IMG/VR virus record: IMGVR_UViG_3300025413_001239
DNA: 64,000 nt
From: a virus
Taxonomy: Duplodnaviria; Caudoviricetes
Reading direction: 5' to 3' (one strand)
The position numbers and the translations under genes are program-made. Positions 63,367 to 64,000 of the stretch are shown one piece after another. Positions within the stretch are counted from its first letter, which is position 1; every line of letters begins with the position of its first letter. The notes beneath the pieces were generated by a model, which had not been told where the DNA came from, did no database searches, and saw only the letters and a list, made by a program, of their open reading frames with translations.

Positions 63367-63972
63367 TTAAATTTCTTCGTAAGTTGTTATTTTATTTGTT
63401 AAGATTCTTTCTCTTAGAGATTCATCTTTTATAAATTCTAGTATTGAATCTAATTCGTAATCGGATGGAGCATCTGAATTATAACTTGCTTTTATCTTTA
63501 CACTTATTTTACCAGATGGTTTATTTTTAAGTGCGTCTGGGTTAGCGGTAACTAAGATATCAACACCATCCCATTCCTTAGCTGAATCTTGAATAAAATT
63601 CACTTTTTCAATTCTACAACCAGTCTTAGATAAAAAAAAGAACGTTGAGGGAATACTCTTATTAGCTTCTTTACTAACAAGAATTATCTCGTGTTCTTCA
63701 TCATCTTTAATATCGGATAAGAATTGATTAAGGTGGGTCATTAATCCGTCAGATGTTTGGTCTGCGTGACCAAATATTTCTAGCGGTGCCTCTAAATACA
63801 AAAATTGATTTAATTCTGTTAAGTTTTTAAAATTAAAGTGGTCAAGCAGATTAAAGCTTGTAATATCACTTTCTTTAATTGTAGTTGGACCAATATACTT
63901 GCTATAAGTATAAACGAATTGAAATAAGAAGTCACGCAAGACTTCGTTAATTGATATTCCGATAACTGCCAT
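63367..63972 (-). CDS. 5'(3')-deoxyribonucleotidase-like HAD-fold protein
   Basis: VIGISINEVLRDF resembles HAD motif I with the Asp residues lost; DILVTANP and KIKASYN. Confidence 0.45.
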   Translation of the reverse strand: MAVIGISINEVLRDFLFQFVYTYSKYIGPTTIKESDITSFNLLDHFNFKNLTELNQFLYLEAPLEIFGHADQTSDGLMTHLNQFLSDIKDDEEHEIILVSKEANKSIPSTFFFLSKTGCRIEKVNFIQDSAKEWDGVDILVTANPDALKNKPSGKISVKIKASYNSDAPSDYELDSILEFIKDESLRERILTNKITTYEEI

Positions 63973-64000
63973 AAATTAAATATTTTCGATTTTTATTTTA

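Noticed and set aside
1-64000. tRNA, rRNA or tmRNA genes
   Set aside because: No cloverleaf or T-loop GTTCRA context recognised by eye; a tRNAscan-SE or Aragorn run is still advisable
1-64000. Stop-codon reassignment as in some Bacteroidota jumbo phages
   Set aside because: Long conserved genes are intact in code 11, and TAG and TGA occur at plausible gene ends (e.g. 7864, 45362, 28250, 32042)

Overview
64 kb of an AT-rich, T4-like jumbo phage genome, read in the standard genetic code. The host is probably Bacteroidota, judged from many TTTG-N19/20-TAnnTTTG promoters. (1) 1-8.6 kb: an early, host-takeover-like island of short genes, most with their own promoter and terminator. It holds two ParB-fold genes, a DUF932 gene, two mini-lipoproteins, seven copies of a 12-bp palindrome, two inverted copies of a promoter-driven ~70-nt putative ncRNA, and an oriC-like array of DnaA boxes. 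It ends at a C/G-tract cluster. (2) 8.7-32.8 kb: metabolic and accessory genes, including DHFR, PcfJ-like, a nucleotidyltransferase, a BCS1-like AAA ATPase, thioredoxin, an LRR protein, YkuK, GNAT-zincin, KTSC, GT2 and an LpxH-like phosphoesterase. ThyA carries an intein, and ClpC is fractured into two genes by an atypically split intein with a Vsr-like endonuclease gene between the halves. (3) 33-51.5 kb: the head module, with terminase, a portal carrying two inteins (one starting with Pro), prohead protease, acidic scaffold and major capsid protein. (4) 51.5-64 kb: putative capsid cargo with a shared KKLLRE leader (one with an ADP-ribosyltransferase-like motif), baseplate/tail-associated genes, a gp55-like sigma factor and glycosyltransferases. 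No tRNA, rRNA or CRISPR array was seen. All family assignments come from motif recognition by eye; no database searches were run.
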